NCBI GenBank assembly: GCA_022508525.1
Contig: JAFLVA010000001.1
Coordinates: 8,084-72,083, forward strand
Reading direction: 5' to 3'
DNA from: Erysipelotrichales bacterium
GTDB taxonomy: Bacteria > Bacillota_I > Bacilli_A > RFN20 > CAG-826
Length of the DNA: 64,000 nucleotides
The number at the start of each line of letters is the position of its first letter. Within the stretch, counting starts at the first letter, position 1. Below are positions 20,033 through 30,839 of this stretch, one piece after another. Below the pieces are notes generated by a model. That model ran no database searches and was not told the origin of the DNA. It saw only the letters and a list, made by a program, of their open reading frames with translations. Made by a program: the position numbers and the translations under genes.

Positions 20033-20773
20033 GTGGCAAATATGAGAAAAGAAGAATTCAAATTAACAAAAAAATTAGATCATATTGCTTTTATTATGGA
20101 TGGTAATGGTAGATGGGCAAAAAAAAGACTTTTACCTCGCCATTTAGGACACAAAGAAGGATGCAAAAGAGTTATTGAAATTTTGCGTGCTTGCGATGAT
20201 TTAGGCATATATTGTATTAGCCTTTATGCTTTTTCTACAGAAAACTGGAAAAGGCCACAAGACGAGATTGATCACTTATTCAATTACCTTGATGATTTTT
20301 TTAATGACAATATCGCTGAGATGATTGAACGTGGAACAAGAATTCATTTAATGGGTGATATAAATAAATTACCAAAACATACTCAAGATACAATTAGAAA
20401 ATCAATGGATTTGACCGAACACCTAACTAAACACGTTTTTAATATTTGTCTTAATTATGGTGGTAAAGATGAAATTGTTCGTGCTGCTAAAAAGATGGCA
20501 GAAGATGTAAAGGATAGCAAATTAGATTTAGATGTCATTGATGAATCTACTTTTGAAAGTTATATGATGTGCAATGGATTACCACCAGTGGATTTAATGG
20601 TTAGAACTTCTGGTGAACAAAGAATTTCTAATTATATGCTTTGGGAGTTGGCATATGCGGAAATGATATTCCCGCTTACTCCGTGGCCTAGTTTTACAAA
20701 AAAAGAATTAATTAAATGCTTAGAGATTTATGAAGGACGTAATCGCAGATTCGGAGGATTAAAGAATGAATAA
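20033..20773 (+). CDS. uppS: Undecaprenyl diphosphate synthase
   Basis: HIAFIMDGNGRWA, YAFSTENWKRP, RTSGEQRISNY. Confidence 0.97.
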   Translation: MANMRKEEFKLTKKLDHIAFIMDGNGRWAKKRLLPRHLGHKEGCKRVIEILRACDDLGIYCISLYAFSTENWKRPQDEIDHLFNYLDDFFNDNIAEMIERGTRIHLMGDINKLPKHTQDTIRKSMDLTEHLTKHVFNICLNYGGKDEIVRAAKKMAEDVKDSKLDLDVIDESTFESYMMCNGLPPVDLMVRTSGEQRISNYMLWELAYAEMIFPLTPWPSFTKKELIKCLEIYEGRNRRFGGLKNE

Positions 20774-21737
20774 ATTGAGTGATGATTCAAAAAAATCTAT
20801 GGTACAACGCATTATTACATCCGTAGTGTTACTTGTTTTATGCGTTCCGTGTTTACTTTTCGGTAATTGGTTTTTTGCGTCACTGTCTTTTGTGGCATCA
20901 TTTTTTGCGTGTCATGAATTTATTAATGCTCCAAAAAATAAATCATATAACATTTTCTTGCATGTTTTCATCCATATAATGACATATTCGTTTATTTATT
21001 GGGTTTTTATAAAAACAAATTTAAATACGTACGGATGGGACATAACTCAATGGTCGTTTGCTACGGGATTTAGCACATTAAATATTTCTATAATTGGTAT
21101 AGCTGTGGGATTCTTAACATTGTTTTTTATGACATTGAATCATAATAAATTCAACATTTCTGATGCGACATATTTATGTACAATGATGGTGTTTATAGGA
21201 ATATCAATTCAATCAGCTTTGTTTTTAAGATTCTATCCGGCCCATTTGCACGGAATGAATCATGGAGTGCTTGATATATCCAATTCCACATTATTTATTT
21301 ATGTTGTAATTGGTAGCTTTTTATCAGATATAGGTGCATATTTCTTTGGAATTCTTTTTGGAAGAAATAAAATGAACGCAAGAATTTCGCCAAAAAAGAC
21401 CTGGGAAGGTTTTATTGGAGGAGTATTAGTATCTGCAATTATCAGTTTTGCGTTTGCATTTATTCTTGCTAAGGCCGATAAACCTTTGCTTAAAGGAATT
21501 TTGGACGTTGAACATTTCTATAACATTATTATTCTTTCACTAGCAATGCCAATAACTGCAAATTTAGGTGATTTTATATTTTCGTCAATTAAACGAAATT
21601 ACGGAATAAAAGATTTTGGTACTATTCTAAAAGGACATGGAGGGGTATTAGATAGATTAGATTCTCTTTTCGTAACTTCTTTAATCGTTTCAATAATCAT
21701 AATATTTATGGGAAATAACTGGAGCCTTTTAGCATAG
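20766..21737 (+). CDS. cdsA: Phosphatidate cytidylyltransferase
   Basis: SDIGAYF, ISPKKTWEG, IKDFG..L.GHGG.LDRLDS. Confidence 0.96.
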   Translation: MNKLSDDSKKSMVQRIITSVVLLVLCVPCLLFGNWFFASLSFVASFFACHEFINAPKNKSYNIFLHVFIHIMTYSFIYWVFIKTNLNTYGWDITQWSFATGFSTLNISIIGIAVGFLTLFFMTLNHNKFNISDATYLCTMMVFIGISIQSALFLRFYPAHLHGMNHGVLDISNSTLFIYVVIGSFLSDIGAYFFGILFGRNKMNARISPKKTWEGFIGGVLVSAIISFAFAFILAKADKPLLKGILDVEHFYNIIILSLAMPITANLGDFIFSSIKRNYGIKDFGTILKGHGGVLDRLDSLFVTSLIVSIIIIFMGNNWSLLA

Positions 21738-21738
21738 T

Positions 21739-22890
21739 ATGACACGTTTAATAGTACTTGGTATATCTGGATCTATAGGATCACAAACTCTTGATATAAT
21801 TAGAAGACATAAGCGTAAATTTGTGCTATGTGGCTTTTCGGTTGGAGAAAGAATTAACTGTGTCGATGAGATTTTAAAAGAGTTTAAAACAATATCGTTT
21901 GTTGTTGTAAAAAATAAAAGTGACAAAGAAAAATTAGAGAAAATATATCCACATATTAAATTTTCTTATGGTGATGATGGATTATTAGAATTAATTAAAC
22001 AAGTGGAATGTGATTTGGTTGTTAATGCACTTGTTGGATTTGTTGGATTTTTACCAACTATTTGTGCTTTAGAAAACGGGAGAGACTTAGCACTAGCAAA
22101 TAAAGAATCTCTAGTTGTTGGTGGAAATTTAGTAAATCAATTACTAAAAAAGACAAATACTAAATTATACCCAATTGATAGTGAACATGTGGCACTTGCA
22201 AAATGTTTAAAAGGTAATAAAAAAGCTAAAAAATTAGTTTTGACAGCTTCTGGTGGAAGCTTTAGAGATCTAAATCGTAATGAATTAGAAAATGTCACAG
22301 TCGAAGATGCTTTAAAACACCCATCATGGAATATGGGACAAAAAATAACTATTGATTGTGCAACAATGATGAATAAAGGATTTGAGATAATTGAAGCATA
22401 TCATTTATTCAATTTTCCAATTGATAAGATTGATGTCTTGTTACATGACGAATCAAAAATTCATTCTCTAGTCGAATTTGAAGATGGTTCATTCTTGGCT
22501 GATATTGGTCCGGCTGATATGCGAATACCAATTAGCCATGCGTTATTTAGAAATAAAAGGGTAAAAAACACTTTTGCTAGTTTACCTCTTGACGAATTTG
22601 GAACTTTCCATTTTAGAAAGTTTGATCCTAAGAGATATCCTTGTGTCGGTTATGCCAAAAAGGCTATAGCAATTGGTGGAACGATGCCAGCAGTACTTAA
22701 TGGCGCTAACGAAGAAGCAGTTTATGCATTTTTACGAAAAGAAATCAAATTTTTAAGTATTGAAAAGATAATTGAAGAAGTTATGGAGCGACATGAAATT
22801 GTTCAAAATCCTACTGTTCAAGATCTTGTAGATGCGGATAAGTGGGCAAGAGAAGAAGTTAGAAGATTAATAAAGGAGAATAATTTATGA
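21739..22890 (+). CDS. dxr: 1-deoxy-D-xylulose-5-phosphate reductoisomerase
   Basis: GSIGSQTL, LANKESLV, PIDSEH, HPSWNMGQKITID. Confidence 0.97.
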   Translation: MTRLIVLGISGSIGSQTLDIIRRHKRKFVLCGFSVGERINCVDEILKEFKTISFVVVKNKSDKEKLEKIYPHIKFSYGDDGLLELIKQVECDLVVNALVGFVGFLPTICALENGRDLALANKESLVVGGNLVNQLLKKTNTKLYPIDSEHVALAKCLKGNKKAKKLVLTASGGSFRDLNRNELENVTVEDALKHPSWNMGQKITIDCATMMNKGFEIIEAYHLFNFPIDKIDVLLHDESKIHSLVEFEDGSFLADIGPADMRIPISHALFRNKRVKNTFASLPLDEFGTFHFRKFDPKRYPCVGYAKKAIAIGGTMPAVLNGANEEAVYAFLRKEIKFLSIEKIIEEVMERHEIVQNPTVQDLVDADKWAREEVRRLIKENNL

Positions 22891-24077
22891 TATTAGCATC
22901 ATCAATCAGTATATGGTCAGTATTACTTTTTATTTTAAGCTTAGGCTTATTAATTACTATTCATGAACTTGGACATTTTTCAATGGCTAAGCTTTTTAAT
23001 GTTTACGTAAATGAATTTGCAATTGGATTTGGTCCAAGACTTTTAAAATTCAAAAAAGGTGAAACCACATATGCGTTGCGCGCAATTCCACTAGGTGGAT
23101 TCGTTTCAATGTATGGTGAAGGTGTGGAAATCACAGATGGATCAGTACCACCAGAAAGAAGCTTGCTAGGGATTAAGAAGTGGAAACGTGCGATTATCAT
23201 GGTTGCAGGTATAACCTTAAACTTTATTCTTGGATTCACTTTGTTTTTTGTAAATAATGCTTTCTTTCCTCAGGCTAATTACACTAATCAAGTAACAATT
23301 ATTGAGGGTGAAAAAATTACTAGTGAGGAATATAAATCATTTGATATTGAAACGGGAGATTATATCATTAGAATTGATAAAAAATGTACTATCAACGGTG
23401 ATTCAAATGCATGTTCATCAAAAAGTGGGGACATTAAAGATTTTAATGATCTATGGTATAGCGAATATGGTTTTTCATACACCGAAGATATTTTGCCAGT
23501 GACAGAAGATGACAAAATGGAAGTTACTATTCATTATGTCAAAGAGAATACAACTACTGACGAATCAAAGCAAATTACATTAACTTTATCTCCAGCAATG
23601 AAAGATGGAAAATTTGTCCTTGAAAGTGGTAGAAAAACTTGGGAAAAGATGGGGGTTGGACAATATGTTTATTATCGTCATTTGGGAAGCTTTGGTAAAG
23701 TAATAACAACTACTTTCTCAGATTTTGGAAATAACACTATTTTAATTGCTAAAACTTTAGGAGGATTATTTGTTGGTAAAAACTGGGATCAAATTGGAGG
23801 ACCGGTGGCTATTTTATCGGCTTCAAGTGTAGTCCTAAAAAATGCTAATTTCGGTACGTATATATATTTATGGGGAACAATTTCTGTTAATTTAGCAATA
23901 TTTAATCTTTTGCCTTTCCCTGGACTAGATGGTTGGCATTTATTAGTTGTGGCGATTGAAGCAATAACAAAGAAAGAAATACCAGAGAAGGTAAAAAATA
24001 TCATCTCTGCTGTTGGTATGATTTTACTGTTTGGTTTAATGATATTTATTGTTGGTAGAGATATTTTTCGCATATAA
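22887..24077 (+). CDS. rseP: Site-2 (M50) intramembrane metalloprotease RseP/RasP
   Basis: HELGH, AIPLGGFV, NLLPFPGLDG; divergent PDZ-like middle. Confidence 0.93.
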   Translation: MILASSISIWSVLLFILSLGLLITIHELGHFSMAKLFNVYVNEFAIGFGPRLLKFKKGETTYALRAIPLGGFVSMYGEGVEITDGSVPPERSLLGIKKWKRAIIMVAGITLNFILGFTLFFVNNAFFPQANYTNQVTIIEGEKITSEEYKSFDIETGDYIIRIDKKCTINGDSNACSSKSGDIKDFNDLWYSEYGFSYTEDILPVTEDDKMEVTIHYVKENTTTDESKQITLTLSPAMKDGKFVLESGRKTWEKMGVGQYVYYRHLGSFGKVITTTFSDFGNNTILIAKTLGGLFVGKNWDQIGGPVAILSASSVVLKNANFGTYIYLWGTISVNLAIFNLLPFPGLDGWHLLVVAIEAITKKEIPEKVKNIISAVGMILLFGLMIFIVGRDIFRI

Positions 24078-24094
24078 GTTAGTTGGTGAAGTAA

Positions 24095-27000
24095 ATGGAT
24101 CGAAGTGTTTTTGAAAGATTTTTGAAAAAGATAAATATCAAAAATGTCGAAGATTTCGATATGTCTTTTGATGTGTGCGAATGGGATCCTTTAAGACGCC
24201 GTGAAAAAGTTTTATTAATGGAAATTAGAAAAGATATTCCTTGGACTTATCCATTGCTCATGACATTTTTATCCGCAATAAACACAATCAAGGATTATCG
24301 TTATGAAATTCATTATCATTATAATATTTCTCCTAATGAAGAAGATGTTTATCGTCTATTAACAGAATGGTACTATGATAAAACTAACGTAGCGTTTTTG
24401 GAAGACTATCATTTTGAAAATAATAAAATTATTATCGACGCAGAAGATGAAAATAAAATAAAAAGCGAATTAGAAGGTTTTATTAATCTATTAAAAACAA
24501 TAGATTATGATTTTGAAATTGTTGTTCAAAAAAAAGAAAAACAATATGTTTCTGAAGAGTTAGATTCTTTTGAAGTAGATGATGATTATGATGAATACGA
24601 CAATTTTGATGAAGAGGAATTTTTCCAACAAAGAAAAAACAAACAATACGAAGATGCAGAACAAGCAATTGAAGAATATGTTCCTTTTGAAGAAAAAAAG
24701 AACGACTTTAATAATGGTGCTTTTAAACTTATAAAAATTGGTGCAATTGACACTAATTCAGAAAATGTTGATTTTAATGGAAAAGTATTTAGTTGTTCAG
24801 AAACCACAACGAAAAAAGGGAAACTAATTGTAGTTTATGGAATTGCTGATGAAAGAGGAGATGCAATTCACGTCAAAGCCTTTGAAGGTGGAAAGTATTT
24901 TACATCCGACAAATTCCATAGCATTAAAATTGGTATGAACGTTAGAGTACGTGGATCTGCATCATATGATCAATATTCAAAAGAATTAGCTGTAATGGCA
25001 AGATTCATTGATGTGTTACCACCTGACGAATTAAGGCTTGATAATGAAGAAAATAAACGCGTTGAATTGCATTTACACACCAAAATGTCTACTATGGATG
25101 GCGTTACTAACATTGAAGATTATGTTCGTCTTGCTGCCCAAATGGGACACAAAGCAATAGCAGTGACTGATCATGGAGTAGTACAAGCATTCCCTGCTGC
25201 CCAAAAAGCTGGTAAGGATAATAATGTTAAAATTCTTTATGGTACAGAATTATATGTTATAGATGATGAAGTAAATGCGATTAGAAACCCATGCAACCGT
25301 GAACTTTCAACTGCAGAATATGTAGTATTTGACTTTGAAACTACCGGTTTATCAACAAAGTATGATGATATTATTGAATTTGGTGCAGTTAAATTTTCGC
25401 AAGGTATGATTCGTGAGCGAATTGATTTATTTGTGGAAATAAATCGCCCGATACCAAAAAAGATTAAAAAAATTACGGGCATTACTGATGATATGCTAGT
25501 CGGTCAAAATTCTTTAGTTGAAGCAGTGCATAAAATGAGAAAATTTATTGGTGATGCTATATTAGTATCGCACAACGCAGATTTTGACTTTGGCTTTTTA
25601 AATGAAGCATGTCGTAAAGTGAATGAGGATATTTTTTCAAATCCTGTTATAGATACACTAGCACTTGCCCGTTATATTTTTCCTGAATCAAAAGGACATA
25701 GATTAGGGGCACTTTGTAACAATATGGATGTTATATACGATGAGGATGCTGCTCACCGTGCGGATTATGATGCGGAAGTTTTAAATGAAGTTTGGCAAGC
25801 AATGATTGCGGTTTTAACAAAAGATAATCCACATTTGACTCATGCTGATTTAGGTGAGTTAAAACTAAAAGAAGAGCATTATAAACATTTAAGACCATTT
25901 CATGTTGTAGCACTAGCTCAAGATAATGAAGGAATTAAAAATTTATTCAAATTAGTTTCTGAATCACATATTAAATATTTTGCAAATGTCCCAAAAGTAC
26001 CACGGAGTTTATTAATTAAATTACGTGAACATCTACTATTAGGTAGTGCTTGCTTCAATGGTGAAGTTTTTGATGCTGCAAAAACACGCACTAAAGAAGT
26101 GCTGAAAAAAGTTGTTTCATTTTACGATTATATTGAAGTACAACCTGATTCTAATTATTCATATTTGATAAATATGGAAGAAGTAGAGAGCATTGATGTT
26201 ATTCATCAATTTATTAAAGATATTATTGAGGCAGCAGATGAAGAACAAAAACTTGTTGTTGCAACAGGCGATGTTCATTATTTAAATCCTTCAGACAAAA
26301 TATATCGTGATGTTTTTATTAGTGCAAAAGCGATTGGAAACGCAAACCATCCATTAATGCCATATTCAAGGGAAAAGATGGAGTATTTTGTAAACCCTGA
26401 TCAACACTATAGAACAACGAGAGAAATGCTTGATGCTTTTAACTATCTAGGTGAAGAACGTGCTTATGAAATTGTTGTTAAAAACACCAATTTAATTGCA
26501 GATTCGCTTGAATCAGTAAAACCTTTAAAAGATAAGTTATATACACCAACTATTGAAAATTGTGAAAATTTATTGCGTGAATTATGCTACAATACTGCAC
26601 ACGAAATGTATGGTGATAATTTACCACCAATTGTTGCAGAACGTTTAGAAAAAGAATTAGATGGTATTATTAATAACGGATATTCAGTTATTTATTATAT
26701 TGCTCATAAAATTATTAAAAAATCTAACGAAGATGGATACATGGTAGGATCACGTGGATCTGTTGGATCATCATTCGTTGCAACAATGGCAAAAATTACA
26801 GAGGTTAATCCTTTGCCTCCACACTATGTTTGCCCACATTGTAAGCATAGCGAATTTGAAGATATACCTAAAGTGTCATCTGGTTTTGATTTACCAGAAA
26901 AAGATTGCCCAATCTGTGGAACAAGAATGAAACATGATGGACAAAACATTCCATTTGCGACATTCTTAGGTTTTAATGCGGATAAGGTTCCTGATATTGA

Positions 27001-28453
27001 TCTTAACTTCCCTGGTGACTATCAAGGAAGAGCATTCCTTTATACTAAAGAATTGTTGGGACCGGATAATGTTTTTAAAGCTGGCACTATTGAAACTGTT
27101 GCAGAAAAGAATGCCTATGGTTACGCTAGAGGATATTTTGAAAGAATCGGACCAAAAATTGGTAGAGATTTAGACAAAGTTAATAAGGCACAAATTGAAT
27201 ATTTAGCAGCAGGGTGTACTGGCGTTAAAAGAACGACTGGCCAACATCCTGGTGGTATTGTTGTTATTCCGACAGGCTATGAAGTATATGATTTTACGCC
27301 AATTCAATATCCTGCCGATAACAAAGAATCTGAGTGGAGAACAACACATTTTGATTTCCATGCAATTCACGATAATATCTTAAAACTGGATTTATTAGGA
27401 CATGTAGACCCTATGGCATTAAAAATGATGTCTGATAATACAGGAATTGATGTTAAAACAATTCCATTAAATGATCCTGAAACACTTTCTATCTTTTCAA
27501 GCCGTAATGCTTTAAATTGCCACTCTAATTATTTGAATGAGTCGACAGGTGCTTTGGGTATTCCAGAATTTGGAACAAATCTTGGTCGAGAAATGTTAAA
27601 AGAAACATCACCGAAATTATTTTCAGACTTACTAATTCTTTCTGGATTATCTCATGGTACAGGTGTTTGGGCTGGTAATGCACAAGAGCTAATTAGAAAT
27701 GGTACCTGTACTTTAAGAGAAGTTATTGGATGTCGTGATGATATTATGACTTACCTAGCAGCACATGGCGTTGAACCATTGACAGCTTTTAAAATTATGG
27801 AAGATGTTCGTAAAGGTAAAAAAGTTAAACCTGAATATGAACAAATAATGCACGATAATAATATTCCGCAATACTATATCGACTCATGTAATAAAATTAT
27901 GTACATGTTCCCAAAAGCACACGCAACAGCCTATGTTATGATGGCAATTCGTGTTGGTTGGTTTAAAGTACATAGACCTTTAGATTATTATGCAGTTTAT
28001 TTGTCTGTTCGCTGTGAGCAATTTGAATTAGAAACGATGCTTAGCGGTGAAAAAGAAATTATTCGAAGATTAGAAGAGCTTAAAGCCAAAGGTTATGATG
28101 CTTCAGCAAAAGAAACTGAAATAATTAAAACATTAACTATATGTCTTGAAATGGCAGAACGTGGCTATAAATTTGAAAAAATTGATCTTTATAAATCTGA
28201 TGCAACAAAATTTGTGGTCGATTATGAAAATAATTTATTAATACCACCATTTATTGCCATTGATGGATTAGGAGAAGCAGCAGGAGAATCTGTAATTGAA
28301 GCAAGAAAAGATGGAAAATTCCTATCCAAAGAAGATCTTCTTGCAAGAAGTAGATTATCACAAACTCACGTTGCTAAATTACAAGAATTAGGTTCTTTAG
28401 ATGGTTTAGCGGAAACTAACCAAATGGATTTATTTTCATTCTTTAATATTTAA
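24095..28453 (+). CDS. polC: DNA polymerase III PolC-type
   Basis: ELHLHTKMS PHP, DFETTG exonuclease, GSRGSVGSS, PDIDLNF, YMFPKAHA. Confidence 0.98.
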   Translation: MDRSVFERFLKKINIKNVEDFDMSFDVCEWDPLRRREKVLLMEIRKDIPWTYPLLMTFLSAINTIKDYRYEIHYHYNISPNEEDVYRLLTEWYYDKTNVAFLEDYHFENNKIIIDAEDENKIKSELEGFINLLKTIDYDFEIVVQKKEKQYVSEELDSFEVDDDYDEYDNFDEEEFFQQRKNKQYEDAEQAIEEYVPFEEKKNDFNNGAFKLIKIGAIDTNSENVDFNGKVFSCSETTTKKGKLIVVYGIADERGDAIHVKAFEGGKYFTSDKFHSIKIGMNVRVRGSASYDQYSKELAVMARFIDVLPPDELRLDNEENKRVELHLHTKMSTMDGVTNIEDYVRLAAQMGHKAIAVTDHGVVQAFPAAQKAGKDNNVKILYGTELYVIDDEVNAIRNPCNRELSTAEYVVFDFETTGLSTKYDDIIEFGAVKFSQGMIRERIDLFVEINRPIPKKIKKITGITDDMLVGQNSLVEAVHKMRKFIGDAILVSHNADFDFGFLNEACRKVNEDIFSNPVIDTLALARYIFPESKGHRLGALCNNMDVIYDEDAAHRADYDAEVLNEVWQAMIAVLTKDNPHLTHADLGELKLKEEHYKHLRPFHVVALAQDNEGIKNLFKLVSESHIKYFANVPKVPRSLLIKLREHLLLGSACFNGEVFDAAKTRTKEVLKKVVSFYDYIEVQPDSNYSYLINMEEVESIDVIHQFIKDIIEAADEEQKLVVATGDVHYLNPSDKIYRDVFISAKAIGNANHPLMPYSREKMEYFVNPDQHYRTTREMLDAFNYLGEERAYEIVVKNTNLIADSLESVKPLKDKLYTPTIENCENLLRELCYNTAHEMYGDNLPPIVAERLEKELDGIINNGYSVIYYIAHKIIKKSNEDGYMVGSRGSVGSSFVATMAKITEVNPLPPHYVCPHCKHSEFEDIPKVSSGFDLPEKDCPICGTRMKHDGQNIPFATFLGFNADKVPDIDLNFPGDYQGRAFLYTKELLGPDNVFKAGTIETVAEKNAYGYARGYFERIGPKIGRDLDKVNKAQIEYLAAGCTGVKRTTGQHPGGIVVIPTGYEVYDFTPIQYPADNKESEWRTTHFDFHAIHDNILKLDLLGHVDPMALKMMSDNTGIDVKTIPLNDPETLSIFSSRNALNCHSNYLNESTGALGIPEFGTNLGREMLKETSPKLFSDLLILSGLSHGTGVWAGNAQELIRNGTCTLREVIGCRDDIMTYLAAHGVEPLTAFKIMEDVRKGKKVKPEYEQIMHDNNIPQYYIDSCNKIMYMFPKAHATAYVMMAIRVGWFKVHRPLDYYAVYLSVRCEQFELETMLSGEKEIIRRLEELKAKGYDASAKETEIIKTLTICLEMAERGYKFEKIDLYKSDATKFVVDYENNLLIPPFIAIDGLGEAAGESVIEARKDGKFLSKEDLLARSRLSQTHVAKLQELGSLDGLAETNQMDLFSFFNI

Positions 28454-28454
28454 T

Positions 28455-28479
28455 AAAAAAGGTCTATTTGACCTTTTTT
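28455..28479 (+). terminator. Terminator-like hairpin after polC
   Basis: AAAAAAGGTC-tattt-GACCTTTTTT. Confidence 0.65.
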
Positions 28480-28481
28480 GT

Positions 28482-28557
28482 CGGGGCGTGGCACAGTTGG
28501 TAGCGCGCTTGCTTCGGGAGCAAGAGGTCGTGGGTTCAATTCCCGCCGCTCCGACCA
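28482..28557 (+). tRNA. tRNA-Pro (anticodon CGG), CCA encoded
   Basis: Cloverleaf: acceptor CGGGGCG/CGCTCCG, anticodon arm CTTGC-TTCGGGA-GCAAG, T arm GTGGG-TTCAATT-CCCGC, 3' ACCA. Confidence 0.97.
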
Positions 28558-28573
28558 GTTCGCTTGAAAAATC

Positions 28574-28607
28574 AGCAGGCTATATAATACTATAGCTTGC
28601 TTTTTTT
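28574..28607 (+). terminator. Terminator after tRNA-Pro
   Basis: AGCAGGCTATA-taatac-TATAGCTTGCT-TTTTTT. Confidence 0.8.
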
Positions 28608-28768
28608 ATAAATTTGTATTCATTCGTAATAGCAAATCTCTATAAAAGTGTATCAAAAGTTTTAATTAGTATAAAGACAAGCAGACAATTTATAGCACAA
28701 TATTTGTTTGCTTATTTAACATATGGTATAATACAAATGTTATACAAGCATAGAAGGATAAATGAAAA

Positions 28769-29500
28769 ATGAAAACAAAAAAATTCAAACAAAAACGAAA
28801 AGCGTGGTATCGCGGATTAAAGCATATTTTAAAAATAAGATATAAAAAATCGCAATTTATATATTTGGGAGAAAAACCAACAAATAACGCTATTATTTTA
28901 AGTAATCATGTTGGTACTGATGCACCTCTTACTCTAGAGATTTATGCTGACTTTCCAATTCGCTTTTGGGGCACAAATGAAATGAATTCTGGCTTAAAAA
29001 AGATGTATAAATATCAAGCAGATGTTTATTATCATCTCAAAAAAGGATGGAATTTGCATTTATCCCGTTTATTTTGCTTGCTCGCAAGTCCACTTACAAA
29101 TATTTTTTATAAAGGATTAAATTTGATTTCCACCTATCAAGATACTCGTTTTAGAAAAACTCTTGACGAATCTCTTGTAGCAATAAAAGATAACGGAGAA
29201 AATATTGTTATTTTTCCTGAAGATAGCACGGATGGTTATTGCGATGAACTTAAAGCATTTTATGCGGGATTTGTACTACTTGCCGAAAAATGTATGAAAA
29301 ATGGAATTGATGTATCAATTTATGCAACTTATTTTAAGAAGAAAGAACATCAATATATATTTGATGCTCCAGCTAAATATAGTGAACTTAAAGCTCAATT
29401 TGGTGATCGAGCTGCAATAGCTGAACACTTATGTATGCGTAGCAATATAATAGGTAAAATGGAATTTGAAAAAACCAAAGATAAAAAAAGAAAAAGATAA
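28769..29500 (+). CDS. PlsC-like acyltransferase
   Basis: SNHVGTD (HxxxD variant of the HxxxxD motif) and IFPE motif. Confidence 0.7.
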   Translation: MKTKKFKQKRKAWYRGLKHILKIRYKKSQFIYLGEKPTNNAIILSNHVGTDAPLTLEIYADFPIRFWGTNEMNSGLKKMYKYQADVYYHLKKGWNLHLSRLFCLLASPLTNIFYKGLNLISTYQDTRFRKTLDESLVAIKDNGENIVIFPEDSTDGYCDELKAFYAGFVLLAEKCMKNGIDVSIYATYFKKKEHQYIFDAPAKYSELKAQFGDRAAIAEHLCMRSNIIGKMEFEKTKDKKRKR

Positions 29501-29636
29501 ATATTTTTTGAAAACTAATTAGCGCAAAAAAACGAACCAAGATATAAGAATGGTTCGTTTTAATTTTAAGTTTGTTTTGTTGATTTAACTTTTGTATAAA
29601 CTTTTAAAATAAGTAATTAATAATGTGTCGAAGTTA

Positions 29637-29996
29637 TTAAATAATCATTATAATTAAAATAACAATCATGACAATTATAAATGCAAAAAACAATGAAAAT
29701 CCTGCTCTAAAATTATTCATCAAAAAGTTGTAATTAATTTTATTGCCTTTTTCGCATTGTACACTAGGACCAGCAAATTTGCCTTTATCGGTTATTAAAA
29801 TATAATCTCCATCTAGATCAATTATATTAATTCCATTGAGAACTGTACGTTGTATATTATTAAACGTCACTATTGTTCCTTGTGGAAGGCATGGATATTC
29901 TTGTCCATCATAAAATGCGACAAAAGTGTTTGATTGTCTTTTTAAAGAAAATTCTTTGGTTTTGTTTGGTGTTTCTAATGTGAATTTTGTTTTCAT
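29637..29996 (-). CDS. Hypothetical protein with C-terminal TM anchor
   Basis: GGAGGA RBS; directly downstream of the XRE gene; hydrophobic C-terminus. Confidence 0.7.
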   Translation of the reverse strand: MKTKFTLETPNKTKEFSLKRQSNTFVAFYDGQEYPCLPQGTIVTFNNIQRTVLNGINIIDLDGDYILITDKGKFAGPSVQCEKGNKINYNFLMNNFRAGFSLFFAFIIVMIVILIIMII

Positions 29997-30006
29997 AGTT
30001 ATCCTC

Positions 30007-30756
30007 CTAATATATTAAATTTTGTTCTGCTTTATGATAAAGGACATTGGCGATGCAGGCACCAATTCCTAAAAGCATATAAACGAATAAGAAAACGGAA
30101 TAATAAGCAATCATTCCTTGTAAATCTACAGTGTCCATGAATATTATAATAGCAATCATAAACCACATAGCAGCAACCAAGTTTACGGGAGCAATTAGTT
30201 TTAACCATTTTGCATATGCTTCATGTTGAATAAGTACATGATGCTTTATTTTGATTATAGTTCTTATATAATTTACAGAACCTATTATATTAACAATTGC
30301 TAAAATAATAACAACAATGATGGAAATTATATCTAATGGAACAATTAGTGTGATTAGTGATAAAAGACTTAAAATTGCACACACAAGATTATATATTAAA
30401 AATGTCTTGGTTTGTTTGTCATCTCTTAAACGTGGAGCATGGTATCTAGCTCGTTGAGTTGTTTGTTTTGGCATTTCAATTTCGCTTTTATCATCCGCAG
30501 TATTTTTATTATTTTCCTTGTTATTTTCAGACTTTGATAAATATTCAATCTCTTGTGAAAGGAGTTCTTCAATAGTCACCTTAAAATATTCGGATATTTT
30601 CATTAATGTTTTAATATCTGGTAATGAACGTGCGGTTTCCCATTTAGACACTGCTTGAGATGTTACATTAAATATTGTCGCAATGTCATCTTGTTTTAAT
30701 TGATGTAATTGACGTAAATATTTAAGATTTTTAGCAAAGCATTCTATATCTGTCAT
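30007..30756 (-). CDS. XRE-family HTH protein with 4 C-terminal TM helices
   Basis: LKYLRQ...QDDIA...VTSQAVSKWETARSLPDI HTH; AGGAGGTG RBS favours ATG at 30756. Confidence 0.9.
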   Translation of the reverse strand: MTDIECFAKNLKYLRQLHQLKQDDIATIFNVTSQAVSKWETARSLPDIKTLMKISEYFKVTIEELLSQEIEYLSKSENNKENNKNTADDKSEIEMPKQTTQRARYHAPRLRDDKQTKTFLIYNLVCAILSLLSLITLIVPLDIISIIVVIILAIVNIIGSVNYIRTIIKIKHHVLIQHEAYAKWLKLIAPVNLVAAMWFMIAIIIFMDTVDLQGMIAYYSVFLFVYMLLGIGACIANVLYHKAEQNLIY

Positions 30757-30776
30757 TTGTTGCACCTCCTTATTTA

Positions 30777-30839
30777 ATCTTAAATAGAAGAGTTAAAAGA
30801 ATCAACCAATAGTTGGTTGGTTTACCCAACTATTGGTTG
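30777..30839 (-). promoter_or_regulatory. sigmaA promoter with two CAAC-N5-GTTG operators
   Basis: TTGATT-17-TAAGAT on the minus strand; CAACCAATAGTTG (30803-15) and CAACTATTGGTTG (30827-39). Confidence 0.65.

Noticed and set aside
29626-29632. Spo0A box TGTCGAA
   Set aside because: A single 7-mer between convergent gene ends, not in a promoter; expected by chance.
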